A stretch of 64,000 nucleotides of DNA, taken from Macrostomum hystrix (Eukaryota > Animalia > Platyhelminthes). The stretch lies in assembly GCA_950097015.1 (NCBI GenBank), contig CATNEN010000001.1, forward strand, positions 3,472,001-3,536,000, in the 5' to 3' direction. Numbering within the stretch: the stretch's first letter is position 1; each line of letters starts with the position of its first letter. The position numbers and the translations under genes are program-made. Of the stretch, positions 24,600-36,327 are shown piece after piece. The notes beneath the pieces are model-generated. The model did no database searches. It was not told the DNA's origin and saw only the letters and a program-made list of their open reading frames with translations.

Positions 24600-25600
24600 A
24601 ACTTGAAAATTAGTTCTACTTTGAAACTTTTTCTTCAGGAATTATTTAGCATGGGCATGGTAAATTTTTTGGTCTTGGAACAGCTATTTAAGTATTCTAT
24701 AGCTAACAGTTGGACTGATATATTCATTCCCTTGAAGGTACTCTTAACAGGCCCTAGTCAAAACACATGCTGCACACATTTCACAAGCTTTGAGTTTTTT
24801 CAACTTTTAAAGAGGTAATCACAGTTTAATCATGGTTTTCAGTTTTTGCACTAAATATTGATACTAATACATTTTCCTCAAACATTTCCAGCCTGCCTTG
24901 CTTGCTGCCTGACTGTTCGCTTGTCAACATTATGGACTCTAATGGACGACTAGGTCTATGCTGTCAAACTGCCATTGTCTGGTTCTAGGCAAGCCTCAAG
25001 TTACTGCAATACTTTTGCTCTCAGAGCTAGCTACTATCAGCCTGCAGCTCGACTCTTTGGACGAGCGTGTGAGTTAATATGTATAAAAATATTGATTGCT
25101 TTTGTGAAAGTTACAGTTCAATGTGAATTCAAATGCAATGGCCCTCATTTTTTATAAACATGTGTTTTGGTCCTATATGGTCCTATTCTATTAATGCTAC
25201 ATGCTAATACCAATAATTAAACGAGGACTCGATTCCATGTGATTCTCAGATTCTCCTCTCTACATCAGCCTCGAGGAGACATGCCCGCTATGGTCAGGCA
25301 TTTTCCTTATATTTAACACACTGACTTTGACAAATAGAGGCTGTTCCTGTTTCTAACTTTCAATTACATTCAAATTCTGCCGCTTTCCACCGTGCTTTTT
25401 TCATCTGCTCTCTCTCCCGATCTCTCCGTCATTCCCCTTTTCTCCTGCGCCAGATGCAGAGTAAGAACGGCTAACAGTTGATACTACTCCTCATCTAGTA
25501 GTCTGTGTCGCAACTTTTATGTATTGGTTTGACTGAAATATTCACTTCCTTGAAGGCACTCTTAACAGGTCATAGTCACAGGCCACAGGGCATGTTACAT
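24600..25600 (-). pseudogene. Decayed coding remnants containing two related segments (~24713-24760 and ~25530-25578)
   Basis: Both segments translate on the minus strand as PVKS(T/A)FK.(M/V)NISV with nearby in-frame TGA stops. Confidence 0.35.
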
Positions 25601-25810
25601 ATTTCTCCGGGCTGCAGGTGTGGGTGCACTGATTAAGAGTTGGACTATCTAAGATTTGACACCTTGATCTGAATGGCGTAGGCGAGGGGGCCTTGACTTA
25701 CTTGACTTAGCGGCAGGGGGCCTCCATGACGGACGCAGCGAGGAGGCGGCTGTTGCCGCCCATATCGCTAACCCCTGGCAGCCAGACGGCCTCCAGCGAG
25801 GCGGTGCCGC

Positions 25811-28800
25811 TCAGGGTGGTCCGTCGGTCGGTTCCGCCGCGCGATCTTCCTCGCCATAGGCTGGGAAGAAATCAGCTCGGCCGGTATCCCGGAGGAAGTG
25901 GGCGAGCTGAGGGATGTTCTCGGGCGAGCAGGCTTCGGCAAGAGTCGGTGCCGGCCCGAGGTGTTTTAGCCTAGCCCGGGTGAAGGCCGGGCAGTGGCAA
26001 ATGAAATGCTCGGCGTTTTCACGGCCGGAGCAGCAGAAAGGACACGTTTCCTCAGGCACGTGGCCTTGGAGGTAGCGGTGTCTGGTGAAGCAGCCATGTC
26101 CCGAAAGGGCCATGGTGACTGCTCTCAGGTCTCTGCGGTTTAGCCTGAGTAAGGCCTTACGCAGGTTACTAGAGGGGGTTGGCACCGCAGCCCTGGACTG
26201 GCGACAGTTCAGGGTGCTGGACCACCTCCTCCGGTGCTGGGTCTCCATCCAGTGGTTGATGCTGGAGTTGACAACGGAGGCGGGGATCGGGGATTCCGGG
26301 CCCGGGCCCATCAGGGAGCTGGCTGCTCCAGCCTTTGCAAGCTCGTCCGCCATCTCATTCCCTGTGAGCCCGGCGTGCCCAGGGATCCACATCAGCTCCA
26401 CCTTGTTAGACTGCGCCAAACCGTTTAACTGGGTGTTGCAGTCCAAGGTGGTTCTGGAGCGAGAGGTGCAGCGACTGAGGGCCTTGAGGGCTGCTTGACT
26501 GTCGGAGTGAAAAAAGATCCTCCGACCAGCCAGCTGCCTCTGGCGCAGCTCAGCCGCACAGAAGCTGATGGCGAGCATTTCGTTTTGGAAAACGCTTGAG
26601 CTCTTGCCACAGTGTTGGGAGTGGGTCCAGAGGACCTCGCCACCCGAGGCGACGCACACCCCGAATCCCGATTTACCGTTCATCAGGGAGCCGTCAGTGT
26701 AACAGTGGACTGCGGGGTCATCCCAGCAGTCCTTTACCTCATTACGAGGGAAGATGCTGACTTTGTACCTGTGGCTCCGGAGTAAAGTGGCCGGGGCCCC
26801 GTCCGAAAGGATGGTGAGCCCTCCGCACTCGCCCAGAGTTTTCAGGCAGAGGTCAGAGTGGGGCAGAAGGGAACGCTTCGAGAAGGCTCGCGAATTCTGG
26901 AAGGATACACCCGCATCAAGGAGACGACGGGTGGACTTTGCCGCTTCCCCCTTAACAAAAATGTCAATGGGTGTAGCGTTGAGGAAAGCGTTCATGCCTT
27001 CAAAGGGAGTGGAGGGTGGGGCGCCCAGCGTCATGCGACAGGCTCTGCCCTGCACCCTATAAAGCGCCTCCAGGTTTTTCTGGATGCTCATGGCACTGGC
27101 CCAGATGAGGCCAGCGTAAGCGACTGACGGTCTAATGATCGCCGTGTAAATCCACCAAAGGTTTTTGGGGGTTAGCCCCCAAGTGGTGCCCACGGCTCGC
27201 CTGACTTGCGCCAGAATGGCCAGGGCCCTCTTGGCCTTTGTGGTAATGTGCGGGGTCCAGTTAAGCCTATGGTCTAGCAGGATACCAAGGCACCGGACCT
27301 GCTTTTCCATGGCAATATTCTTGCCATAGAGAGTCAGAGGCTCAATGGTCCAGCGCAGCCTGCTGGTAAACATAACCGCAACGGTCTTGGACTCAGAGAG
27401 TCGGAGCCCGCATTGGTCCGCCCAGCGCACCGCCCTGTTGATAAAGCCCTGAATGAGGTCCCTGGTGGTTTCCGCCGAGGGGCCCGCGCAGATGGCGGTC
27501 ACATCGTCGGCATATCCCACCTTCAGGACTGGGTCAGGCCGAGTGCTTTTTAGCAGCTCATCCATGACGAGATTCCACAGCAGTGGGGTGAGGACGCCAC
27601 CTTGGGGCCCTCCTTTTAGGACAGGTGCCGAGAGCACCCTGCCTTCGAGGTGGGCCACCACGTGGCGATTCCGGATCATGTACATGACCCAACGGACGAG
27701 GTGGGGGTGAGTGGCCCTGGAAACCAGGGCCTTCTCAAAGGCTTCGAAAATAACGTTATCGAAGGCCCCCTCAATATCAAGGAAAACAGCCAGGGCAAAA
27801 CCGCTGCCCAGCACTGCCTTCTCGAGAGTCTCCACAATGCAGTGGAGGGCGCTCTCCGTGGACCGGCCCGCCCGAAAGGCGTGCTGGTTTGGTGAGAGCG
27901 GGGCCCGCCCTAGCTCTACAGTAAGAAGGCGCCAGAGCACCAGTCTTTCCATGAGCTTGAGGCAGGTGGAAGTCAAGCTTATCGGGCGATAAGACTTGAC
28001 CGAGCGATAGTCGCCTTTGGCGGGCTTCGGGATGAAGACGACCCGGGCTTCATGCCACCGCGCTGGTACGTAGCCCAGCACGATGCAGGCCCGTAGAAGT
28101 CTGCAGAGGAGATGGAGGAAGCGGCCATTTTTAACCGCTTCATGCAGAAAGGCCGGATATATACCATCTGGCCCAGGTGCTTTAAAAGGATTGAATGACT
28201 TAGCCGCGCGAACGATGCGGTCATTCGTAACGAGTGACTGAGCCAGGCCCTGACCTCCACGCGAGTGGTCGTCTGGGCCGAAGTGCGCCGGTACACTCGG
28301 GAAGAAATGCCCTAGCATAAGCTCGAGCGTTTCCTCCGGGCGCTCAGTGATCGAGCCGTCCGGCTTTTTAATCGATGAGAGCTTGGAGAAGCGGTCGTTG
28401 GTGAGCGCCTTTACCACGCGGGCCGTGGGCCGCGAGCCCTCAAGCCCTTCGCAGTATTGTCGCCACTTGTCCGCTTTTGCCCTTCTGACCCGGCCCTTAA
28501 ACTCATGGATGGCGCGAGTATAGGCCTCTTTGTCATCAGGGTCGTGCGAGGTTTTCAGCTTCCTCTGGAGAGCCTTAGCTCGGCGTCTTAGGACTCCGAG
28601 CTCGGGGTTCCACCAGGGGGCCGATTTTTTGCCTTTGTAGGCTTTGAGCGGGCAAGCCATTTCGTAGGCCTCTGTGATGGCGCCGCCCAGCAGGGCAGCC
28701 ACTCCATCCAGGTCCTGCGTGGTTTCCATGGCCATGGAGGGGTCAGAATCCCGAAGGCCCTCATGCAGCTTTTGGCTGAACGCGGGCCAGTCGGTATTTC

Positions 28801-29515
28801 TGACATTACGCCTCCAAATAGGCTTTTGCTTCTTATCGGGGGTGCCGATGTTGAAACGGATGAAACGGTGGTCCGAGAGCGAGCTTTCGGTCTCCCACAC
28901 CTCCCACCCCAGCACCCTTGGGAGGATGCCGGGTGAGGCCAGGGTGACGTCAAGCACCTCAGCCCACCGCCCATTGTCGAAAGTGGGCGTGTTGCCCACA
29001 TTGCAGAAGTTTAGAGGCGTGCCGCTGACGAAGGCCAGGAGCTCTTCGCCGCGGTCATTGATTTTTGAGCTACCCCAGTGGGTGTGATGCGAGTTTACAT
29101 CTCCCGCGAGGAGCAGCTCGAAGTTTCGTGCCCTGGCGAATTCACAGAGGGCGACGAGGGTATCGCTAACCACGGGGGCGTCGCCTGCCAGGTAGGCGGA
29201 TGCCACGAGGGTCAACTTGTTAGGCACAATGTGTGCAGATTGGATGACGCAGATGTCCCCGTTAGAGAGATCGGGTCTCATCCACGCATTTAAGGCTTTT
29301 GCGGCATAGATCAGTGATCTAGGGCGGACAGAGTCTGCCATGCAGAAGCAGTCATAGCCAGCAGGAATGTTGCTTGGCTTGTTCTTTGATAGCCAGGGCT
29401 CCTGCACAAGTACAAGGCCCGGCATCATGCGCTCTGTCGTGCGCATCAGATTGACTGATGCTGCCACGCAGTGCTGGGTGTTAACTTGCAGACATGATAT
29501 TCCGGGGATCATCAT
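25811..29515 (-). CDS. LINE ORF2: AP endonuclease, reverse transcriptase, RNase H and CCHC finger (1234 aa)
   Basis: APE motifs LVQEPW, GDVN, SDH; RT motifs YRPISL, PQGGVL, YADD; RNase H motifs YTDGS, SDSQAAL, WIPGH...GNEMAD; finger CPFC-x8-H-x4-C. Confidence 0.97.
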   Translation of the reverse strand: MMIPGISCLQVNTQHCVAASVNLMRTTERMMPGLVLVQEPWLSKNKPSNIPAGYDCFCMADSVRPRSLIYAAKALNAWMRPDLSNGDICVIQSAHIVPNKLTLVASAYLAGDAPVVSDTLVALCEFARARNFELLLAGDVNSHHTHWGSSKINDRGEELLAFVSGTPLNFCNVGNTPTFDNGRWAEVLDVTLASPGILPRVLGWEVWETESSLSDHRFIRFNIGTPDKKQKPIWRRNVRNTDWPAFSQKLHEGLRDSDPSMAMETTQDLDGVAALLGGAITEAYEMACPLKAYKGKKSAPWWNPELGVLRRRAKALQRKLKTSHDPDDKEAYTRAIHEFKGRVRRAKADKWRQYCEGLEGSRPTARVVKALTNDRFSKLSSIKKPDGSITERPEETLELMLGHFFPSVPAHFGPDDHSRGGQGLAQSLVTNDRIVRAAKSFNPFKAPGPDGIYPAFLHEAVKNGRFLHLLCRLLRACIVLGYVPARWHEARVVFIPKPAKGDYRSVKSYRPISLTSTCLKLMERLVLWRLLTVELGRAPLSPNQHAFRAGRSTESALHCIVETLEKAVLGSGFALAVFLDIEGAFDNVIFEAFEKALVSRATHPHLVRWVMYMIRNRHVVAHLEGRVLSAPVLKGGPQGGVLTPLLWNLVMDELLKSTRPDPVLKVGYADDVTAICAGPSAETTRDLIQGFINRAVRWADQCGLRLSESKTVAVMFTSRLRWTIEPLTLYGKNIAMEKQVRCLGILLDHRLNWTPHITTKAKRALAILAQVRRAVGTTWGLTPKNLWWIYTAIIRPSVAYAGLIWASAMSIQKNLEALYRVQGRACRMTLGAPPSTPFEGMNAFLNATPIDIFVKGEAAKSTRRLLDAGVSFQNSRAFSKRSLLPHSDLCLKTLGECGGLTILSDGAPATLLRSHRYKVSIFPRNEVKDCWDDPAVHCYTDGSLMNGKSGFGVCVASGGEVLWTHSQHCGKSSSVFQNEMLAISFCAAELRQRQLAGRRIFFHSDSQAALKALSRCTSRSRTTLDCNTQLNGLAQSNKVELMWIPGHAGLTGNEMADELAKAGAASSLMGPGPESPIPASVVNSSINHWMETQHRRRWSSTLNCRQSRAAVPTPSSNLRKALLRLNRRDLRAVTMALSGHGCFTRHRYLQGHVPEETCPFCCSGRENAEHFICHCPAFTRARLKHLGPAPTLAEACSPENIPQLAHFLRDTGRADFFPAYGEEDRAAEPTDGPP

Positions 29516-29527
29516 GCAGGCAGAGGT

Positions 29528-31075
29528 CTACTTGGAGGGGGACCCAGCCAGAAGGCGGTCCTCCTCCTCCGGGTCGATGTCGGTAGCCATGGGCTCCTCC
29601 GTGCCCAGGCCCCGAGCCGGAGACGGGAACTCGACGGCGTCAGCCGCCCAGTCCCCGCCCCCGGCCCCGAGCCCAGGCCCAGAGTCGCCCTCAACTGGAG
29701 CCGACACCGCTCCCTGGGCCGTGGGAGGGGCGCTCGAAGGGCCCTGCTCGATGGAGCTGGGCACCTCTGAGGCCTCCCCCGTAGCCCTTGGTTGCGGCGC
29801 CTGCCCCGGTGGGCCACCGCGCATCTCAGCGCGCAGCTGGGCCATCTTGGCGGTTCGCACCACCTCGGAGGCCCGCTGGAGAAGGCCCCGGCGCTTTGTG
29901 ACACGCGCGGGGCGACGCTCAGAGCTGCCAGCGATGGCACGCTCTGGCCTTTTTTGGCGGGACGACTGGGCCCTGCCCCCAGTCCCAGCCTTGGGGTCCG
30001 AGGACCCTTCATTGGCCGGTACGGTGGTGGGCCCGGTCTGACCTCGGGTTTTATCCGCCTCGAAGGCGAAGATTTTGGTCTTCCACAGACCAATGCAAAT
30101 GTTGGCGCCATCTGGGTAGCGGCGTGTCCATTGCTCGGACAGGCCCAGAATGGCGGTGAAACCGGTGCCGTCGGGGCGCAGGATCGTGCGGTGCACGATC
30201 AGGCCCGCTGTCGGCAGCTCCCGGTTCATCGCGATGAGGCCCCTGCGGAGGTCCTCAGCGCTGGTGACGACACTTTTCGCCGGGACGAAGATACGGTGTC
30301 GCTTGGTCTTTGGTGGCTCGTTCTCCCGTAGGAACTCGAGGCCAGCCGCCCAGCTCTGCGTGGGCAGCAACTCGAGGAGCCGCCGCCCCGATTCCGCATC
30401 GCCGGGCCAGACGACGAAGCACGATTCCCTGGTAGCGCTTGCGCCGACCGCCAGGGGCTCGCCCTTCAGTTGAAGTTGCCACAACATAGCATCTATGTTG
30501 CGGCAAATGTCGCTGAGCTGTTCGCTGCTCAGCCTTTTCCCGTCTCTGCCGGTGATGATGACGGCAGGTTGCCTACGTGCGATGGCGGCGTAGGTAGCTT
30601 GTGGTCCCGGGCCCTGTCCGGTGGCGTCCCCACCCTCGGGATCTGCGTCGGCGGTGGGCACAGGGCCCTCCGCCTCCGCTTCTCCTTCGGGCCGGGCAGC
30701 CGTCCGGATGGGCGCCGGGCCCTCCTTGGCCCGCGACCCTGGCCTCGGGGCGTCGTGGGCTCCGCCCCGTGCAGGAGCCTGGGCAGGAGGCACAAGGCCC
30801 CCCGCCCCAGCCCCCGCCCTAGGCAGAGCCCCTTCGGCCCCTCTGGCCTGGGCCTGGTCCTTGGTCAATGGAGCCGACGTGCCGTGGGCCAGCATGCGCC
30901 TACGGCGTTTTGCCGCTCCAGAGGTGGTGGAGCGCTTAGCGCCCCGGTCATCGCGCGAGTTGGGCAGCGCGGCATTTGTGGCGGTCGCGGGGCCAGCTAG
31001 CCCGGGCGCCGCAGCGTGTATGGCCTCAGGCACCATGGTGTCCTCGGCCGGAGCAGTTGAAGGGCTAGAAGCCAT
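29528..31075 (-). CDS. LINE ORF1 (~515 aa; disordered ends, central DUF4780-like globular region, no CCHC knuckles)
   Basis: Long ORF ending 12 nt before the ORF2 ATG; first ATG at 31075. The DUF4780 likeness is from memory of LOA-clade ORF1s and was not searched. Confidence 0.85.
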   Translation of the reverse strand: MASSPSTAPAEDTMVPEAIHAAAPGLAGPATATNAALPNSRDDRGAKRSTTSGAAKRRRRMLAHGTSAPLTKDQAQARGAEGALPRAGAGAGGLVPPAQAPARGGAHDAPRPGSRAKEGPAPIRTAARPEGEAEAEGPVPTADADPEGGDATGQGPGPQATYAAIARRQPAVIITGRDGKRLSSEQLSDICRNIDAMLWQLQLKGEPLAVGASATRESCFVVWPGDAESGRRLLELLPTQSWAAGLEFLRENEPPKTKRHRIFVPAKSVVTSAEDLRRGLIAMNRELPTAGLIVHRTILRPDGTGFTAILGLSEQWTRRYPDGANICIGLWKTKIFAFEADKTRGQTGPTTVPANEGSSDPKAGTGGRAQSSRQKRPERAIAGSSERRPARVTKRRGLLQRASEVVRTAKMAQLRAEMRGGPPGQAPQPRATGEASEVPSSIEQGPSSAPPTAQGAVSAPVEGDSGPGLGAGGGDWAADAVEFPSPARGLGTEEPMATDIDPEEEDRLLAGSPSK

Positions 31076-31517
31076 TGAAAGCTGCAATGAAGAGAGGGGC
31101 TTCCTGTAGACACAGGCAGGAATAACCCGCTCAGCCGCGATCCCAAAACTGAGCGGGGGCAGCCAAAAAAGACAAGTTACAACCCGGGGTGGGATGCCAG
31201 GACCACCGGGAGGAACCGTAAGAGACCAGACTACTCCCTGGCCAAGCGTCCATCAGCACGGTCAACACTGGGACATTGGAGGGTGCCATTGAGCCGGCGC
31301 CGAGGCCTGCGGGCTGGCCGCAAACCCTGTTAAGGTCAAAGGGTGACACCTGTCCCTCAGGGCCGTAGCCAGAGGTACCTGATCACGCACAGGTGCACGA
31401 AAATTGCGGACAAGCCACATACCCTGTTAAGGTCAAAGGGTGACACCTTTCCCTCCAGCCGGGGCTAGAGGTACCCAGTTTGGCCGGAGGCCCTGGATGG
31501 GTCATCCAGCGCTGTTG

Positions 31518-31744
31518 CCCATTCTGTCCGGCTGCCCTAGGGTCAGCCTTGAACACTCGCGGGACGTGTACCCATGGGTCAGCTGACGGGACAGCGTTGG
31601 AGGGATTCCTGCACCCGAAGGTACAGGTCTCCTTCCTGCCAGGCCTGCTCAAAAAACGGCTGCAGGTGTGAGGCATCGCAGACCAAAGCCCGTGGGCCTG
31701 GACTGACTCATACCTCACAGGCACTGTGTCCCGCCGGTGCGAGC
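31518..31744 (-). ncRNA. HDV-like self-cleaving ribozyme at the LINE 5' end
   Basis: P1 GCUCGC/GCGAGU (G1.U wobble), P2 CCCAU/AUGGG, P3 GGG/CCC, L3 UACACGU, P1.1 AC/GU, P4 GGCUG/CAGCC, J4/2 CAGA (catalytic C at 31526). G1 is the first base after the TSD. Confidence 0.85.
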
Positions 31745-32167
31745 TAGGCGAGGGGGTCATACTAGCTACTAGTAGCCGAACACTAGTAGTATGGGTTACC
31801 AGAAATCTGCCTAACACAGGGGAAATAGGAGAGCGTGCATTTGAATGGGAGAGGGTGGCCTATCCTCTGCATATAGGATAGGTGACGCTGTGACGATCTA
31901 TGTGGCTGAGGGGTTGGAGCCCCATTAGAATTACTCAACAGAATTCTGAGCACCAAAAATTAGCGAAAATTATCAGCATGAGCTTGCCGTGACACCCGAG
32001 ACAGTAATGACCCCTGGAATGGATTTCTAGGCTATGTATGCCACTGTTTAGATCTGCATGAAAAGCTTGTTTAGCAGGCAGCATTAATGAGCTATTACTA
32101 CTATAAATATTGATAGTAATATTTATAATACCAGCAATTTCCAACTATGTAGATTATTATACAGCAG

Positions 32168-32337
32168 TAACAAATATGGATTGATTTTGACATGCCACAA
32201 ACTCTTACAATACATTATTACAAATACGAAAATATTAAACTGACATGGGTCAAATAACAAATATGGATTGATTTTGACATGCCACAAACTCTTACAATAC
32301 ATTATTACAAATAGGAAAATATTAAACCGACATGGGC
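32168..32337. repeat. 87-bp tandem duplication
   Basis: TAACAAATATGGATTGATTTTGACATGCC... at 32168 and 32255. Confidence 0.9.
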
Positions 32338-32801
32338 ACCTAAACTTGGCTTACCTGTCAGTTCTTATTTGAGCTAATAAAAAAGGTTTCTATTTAACAA
32401 TTCTAGCTAGTATAGGATATAGAATTAGATTTAAAGTTTTGACTCGACGAGCTCTTTACTATTCGAGTTTTGGTGGGAAGAGGAAAAACAGCTCGTTCCC
32501 CTTTGTCCCCCGCTCAAATAGGGATGTATGGCACCATCGTCTAGTTCGTTCCCAAGTTCGCGTAAACAACCCCTCCCAGCCAACCACGCTTCATCATGGG
32601 GTTCCCACGCTTCACGTTCCCACAGGGAGCTCATGAGCTGCACTCGTCTAGCCGGACTCATGGCACGGTGAGGTGACCTGGGCTAGCCGTCTAATTTTTA
32701 CCGTGAGCTGAGGCCGGCTAGTCCACGGCCGTTAGGTGGCCTCGGATATGGGATAGGAAGGTGACGGGGGGGGAAGGAGGAGGGGGAGAGGTTGCCCATG
32801 A

Positions 32802-33000
32802 GGGCGGATAGCTCAGTCAGTAAGGTGTCGGACTCTGGATCAGATGGTCCTGGGTTCGACTCCCGACCTAGTCTAGAACTATTCGTGCAGCCCTTGGCAA
32901 GCTGCTTTGCCCTGATGTGCACAGAGTCTACTCAGCTGCAGATGAGTACCGACATTTCGTCGGGTAATAATAATTCCGGCTGGCGTGGAATAAAGCAGTT
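32802..33000 (+). mobile_element. tRNA-derived SINE with CORE-like and Nin/Deu-like central motifs
   Basis: A box TAGCTCAGTCAG and B box GGTTCGACTCC, followed by CCCTTGGCAAG and ACTCAGCTGCAGATGAGTACC. The acceptor stem is imperfect, so this is not a tRNA gene. The 3' end is uncertain. Confidence 0.7.
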
Positions 33001-33078
33001 CTGTGCGGCAATTCTGTGGGGTTCGGATGCTGCCGATATGTTTGGAAAAATAAATTCTTTAAGAGTTTTCTTAATTTA

Positions 33079-34012
33079 AGAGTTTTTCAAAACATATAGG
33101 CTATCCTACTGTATGTGATTCCTTTGGTGCTTCGAGTGTACTGTATAGTGCTGATATTTATGTAAATCAGCGTAAAACCGCTTTTTTTCTTACTCAGCCA
33201 GATTAAGAAATGAGTAGGCTTATATGATGTTCTTGTTGTTCTGCAAAACATATAATCATTAATTTAAATAAAAAATGAGTCGAACCAACGACCCGCAGTT
33301 GTCAGGCTGACGTGCTACCAGTTTCACCACTTGACATTGCCCATATGCAACGAAGAATTACTATTTATTAGTATATTATTTCGTTCGAATACTTTTTCAG
33401 AGTTTTTCAAAACATATAGGCTATCCTACTGTATGTGATTCCTTTGGTGCTTCGAGTGTACTGTATAGTGCTGATATTTATGTAAATCAGCGTAAAACCG
33501 CTTTTTTTCTTACTCAGCCGGATTAAGAAATGAGTAGGCTTATATGATGTTCTTGTTGTTCTGCAAAACATAATCATTAATTTAAAAAAAAAATGAGTCG
33601 AACCAACGACCCGCAGTTGTCAGGCTGACGTGCTACCAGTTTCACCACTTGACATTGCCCATATGCAACGAAGAATTACTATTTATTAGTATATTCTTTC
33701 GTTCGAATACTTTTTCAGAGTTTTTCAAAACATATAGGCTATCCTACTGTATGTGATTCCTTTGGTGCTTCGAGTGTACTGTATAGTGCTGATATTTATG
33801 TAAATCAGCGTAAAACCGCTTTTTTTTCTTACTCAGCCAGATTAAGAAATGAGTAGGCTTATATGATGTTCTTGTTGTTCTGCAAAACATATAATCATTA
33901 ATTTAAATAAAAAATGAGTCGAACCAACGACCCGCAGTTGTCAGGCTGACGTGCTACCAGTTTCACCACATGACATTGCCCATATACAACGAAGAATTAC
34001 AATTTATTAGTA
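33079..34012. repeat. ~319-bp tandem repeat x3, each unit carrying a minus-strand tRNA-like Pol III segment
   Basis: AGTTTTTCAAAACATATAGG at 33081, 33401, 33719. Minus strand reads GTGGTGAAACTGGT...GGTTCGACTCATTTTTT. Confidence 0.9.
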
Positions 34013-34954
34013 ATTTGGCTTACTAATTAGTAATTTATTACTTTTTTGGCTGCAGGCTGCAGCTTGTGCTTACTTATTTTAAGCAATGGCCATCGTAGCG
34101 ATCAAATTCGCAACGCAATATTAGCAACGCAAGCAAATATATCGCGAGCTAGCGAATCGCTCCATTATCTAACGACGGGTCCAGCAGGTCCCCAAATTTT
34201 ATCTGCAAAGCTTCAAAAACCAAAAGGGTGAACGTCAATATTACAAATACTCAGCAAAAGTCAAAATTATTAGCACCCGTAACGAAAGTCATCGATTTAT
34301 CGTTGCACCAAACATTCTACTTATTTTTGTCATTGCATGTAATCCATAAAGTTTTAAATAAAGACCAGCAGGCCCTGTCTCAAAGCTTAGACGACAATTT
34401 ATGAAATAAAAAAGAGGTGAAGGAAGCGATAGTTTTTTTTAATCTAAATTGTTTATTACCCGGTGGGACATTACTATACGCCCCCTCTGTACGCCCCACC
34501 CTGCGCCTCCCGCCGGGCGCTGTGCGCCCGGGCGTATAGAATGTCCGCGCGCCCGCGACAGCGCCCCGCCCGGCGCCGGGCGCAGGGTAGGTGGAGGGGG
34601 GTGGGGGTGCAGTGTAAATAAAATTCGGCGCATATCCTCAAAGTCTACTGTTAGTAGGCTGTGCAGTATTTTTGAGCGCCGTAAAAAGCCTAGCTTTTTA
34701 AAAGGTCCGCTCCTACCCAGCAGCTCCGCTACTGCCCCAGCAGCTCCGCTCGCCACGCTGCCCCCTCCCTCCTGACCATGTACTTTTCATACGTATGTTT
34801 CATTTTTTTGTATGCATGCCGTATATATAAAGCTTTACTTTGAATTTAAAGTCACTTTAAATAAATAAAATTGAACATGCTCATGTAATTTTTCTATTCG
34901 TCACCGCTATAAATGGTTTACGAATATGTTCATTCTAGTCTCATTAAATACTTT

Positions 34955-35405
34955 TGACGCTGCTAAAGGTACAAATTTATTATCAATTTCAAAGCGAATA
35001 TGCAAGCCATGATTGAAAAGAAAAGTAAAGAATGTTTTACAGTATCATCAAGCAAAGACAGTACGGTATAAGTGATTCAAAGTACAAAAATTAGTCCACA
35101 TTTTGTCCCTGCCATGCCAGCTCTGCCAATCCTCCCTGTCAAGCCCTGCACTGCGCGATTTTGTTAATCTTATAATTATAATGTTATAATTAAATTCTTA
35201 CTGACGCAGCTAAAGGTACAAATTTATTATAAATTTCAAAGCGAATATGCAAGCCATGATTGAAAAGAAGAGTAAAGAATGTTTTACAGTATCATCAAGC
35301 GAAGACAGTACGGTTTAAGTAAATACAAAGCACGAAAATTAGTCCACATTTTGTCCCTGCCATGCCAGCTCTGCCAATCCTCCCTGTCAAGCCCTGCACT
35401 GCGCG
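34955..35405. repeat. ~200-bp direct duplication (34955-35157 and 35202-35405)
   Basis: TGACGC.GCTAAAGGTACAAATTTATT...GCCCTGCACTGCGCG occurs twice. Confidence 0.85.
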
Positions 35406-36327
35406 CCAGTCAGTCGTCCTCGTTGTGCCACCTCTGCGAGTCGTCCGTGCCACGCCACCTCCGCCAGTCGACCATGTCGTCCCGTAACCGGCTGACTGGT
35501 TTTCTGGAGAAATTGGAAAGTATCCACGATTTATTTGTGTGTGCAAGGTTTACTGTAAAATTACTTGTTTACATACACTGTACAGCAATGCAGATAATAG
35601 AGATCCAGTGAGATAGAATCCAGATGTATATGGAATGAGGTACACGACATTTAAGATTGTAAACGAGATGAAGCAAAGATTCTTAATAAGCGGAAATATT
35701 AGAATAAGATCAGACATGAGATTCAGAATGAGATGAAGTACAAGATCGAGCATAAGATTAACCATAAAAAACTTAAATTTTAAACGCTACTTATCTTTTA
35801 TAGCAAGTCAACCAGGTCCCGCAACTGGTAGACGTCCGGCACCATGGTAGAACTGGAAAGAAATATTCATTATGTAATTCATGCAAAAAAACTAGTGCTT
35901 CTGTAAACTTAGTTCTAAATAAAAAAATTCACTGTGCTTTTTGTACTGCTAATAGTAGAATGTACAAATAATTTTTTGTGTGTTTGTTCAATTATTAGAT
36001 ACGATAAGCAATTGAGTTGCAGACTTGAGTAAGAGCTGCAGGCATGTAAATAGCGAATTTTAGTGTTTTTGATTACAGGATGCGATGAGCAAGAGTTGCA
36101 GGCACGAACAAGATGTCCGGGTATAAAGACGACGTGTAGGCATGTAGATAGTAATTTTTTGTGTTTTTCATCGACTATACGACGAGCAAGAGTTGCAGAA
36201 ATAAGCAGTGCAAATTCCTAGTACTTGTACTCGTAGTAGGCAGTAAAGATATTTAAAAGCCACTTATCTTTCCTGTTCCGCCGGAAGCCTTGTCATATAG
36301 GAGCACTCGGTCGGATCTCTACCGAGT

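Larger units (their letters stand above)
25691..31744 (-). mobile_element. Full-length non-LTR retrotransposon, LOA/R1-group-like (6054 bp)
   Basis: 12-bp TSD TAGGCGAGGGGG at 25679-25690 and 31745-31756; intact ORF1 and ORF2; 3' tail (TAAGTCAAG)2. Confidence 0.95.

Noticed and set aside
25726-31109. Plus-strand ORFs over the LINE and minus-strand ORFs over RepHel
   Set aside because: Antisense shadows of GC-rich coding sequence.
32802-32873. tRNA-Gln(CTG) gene
   Set aside because: Acceptor and T stems pair poorly and the sequence continues into SINE body motifs.
34252-34278. Tc1-like TIR (CAGCAAAAGTCAAAATTATTAGCACCC)
   Set aside because: No inverted partner or transposase was found in the window.
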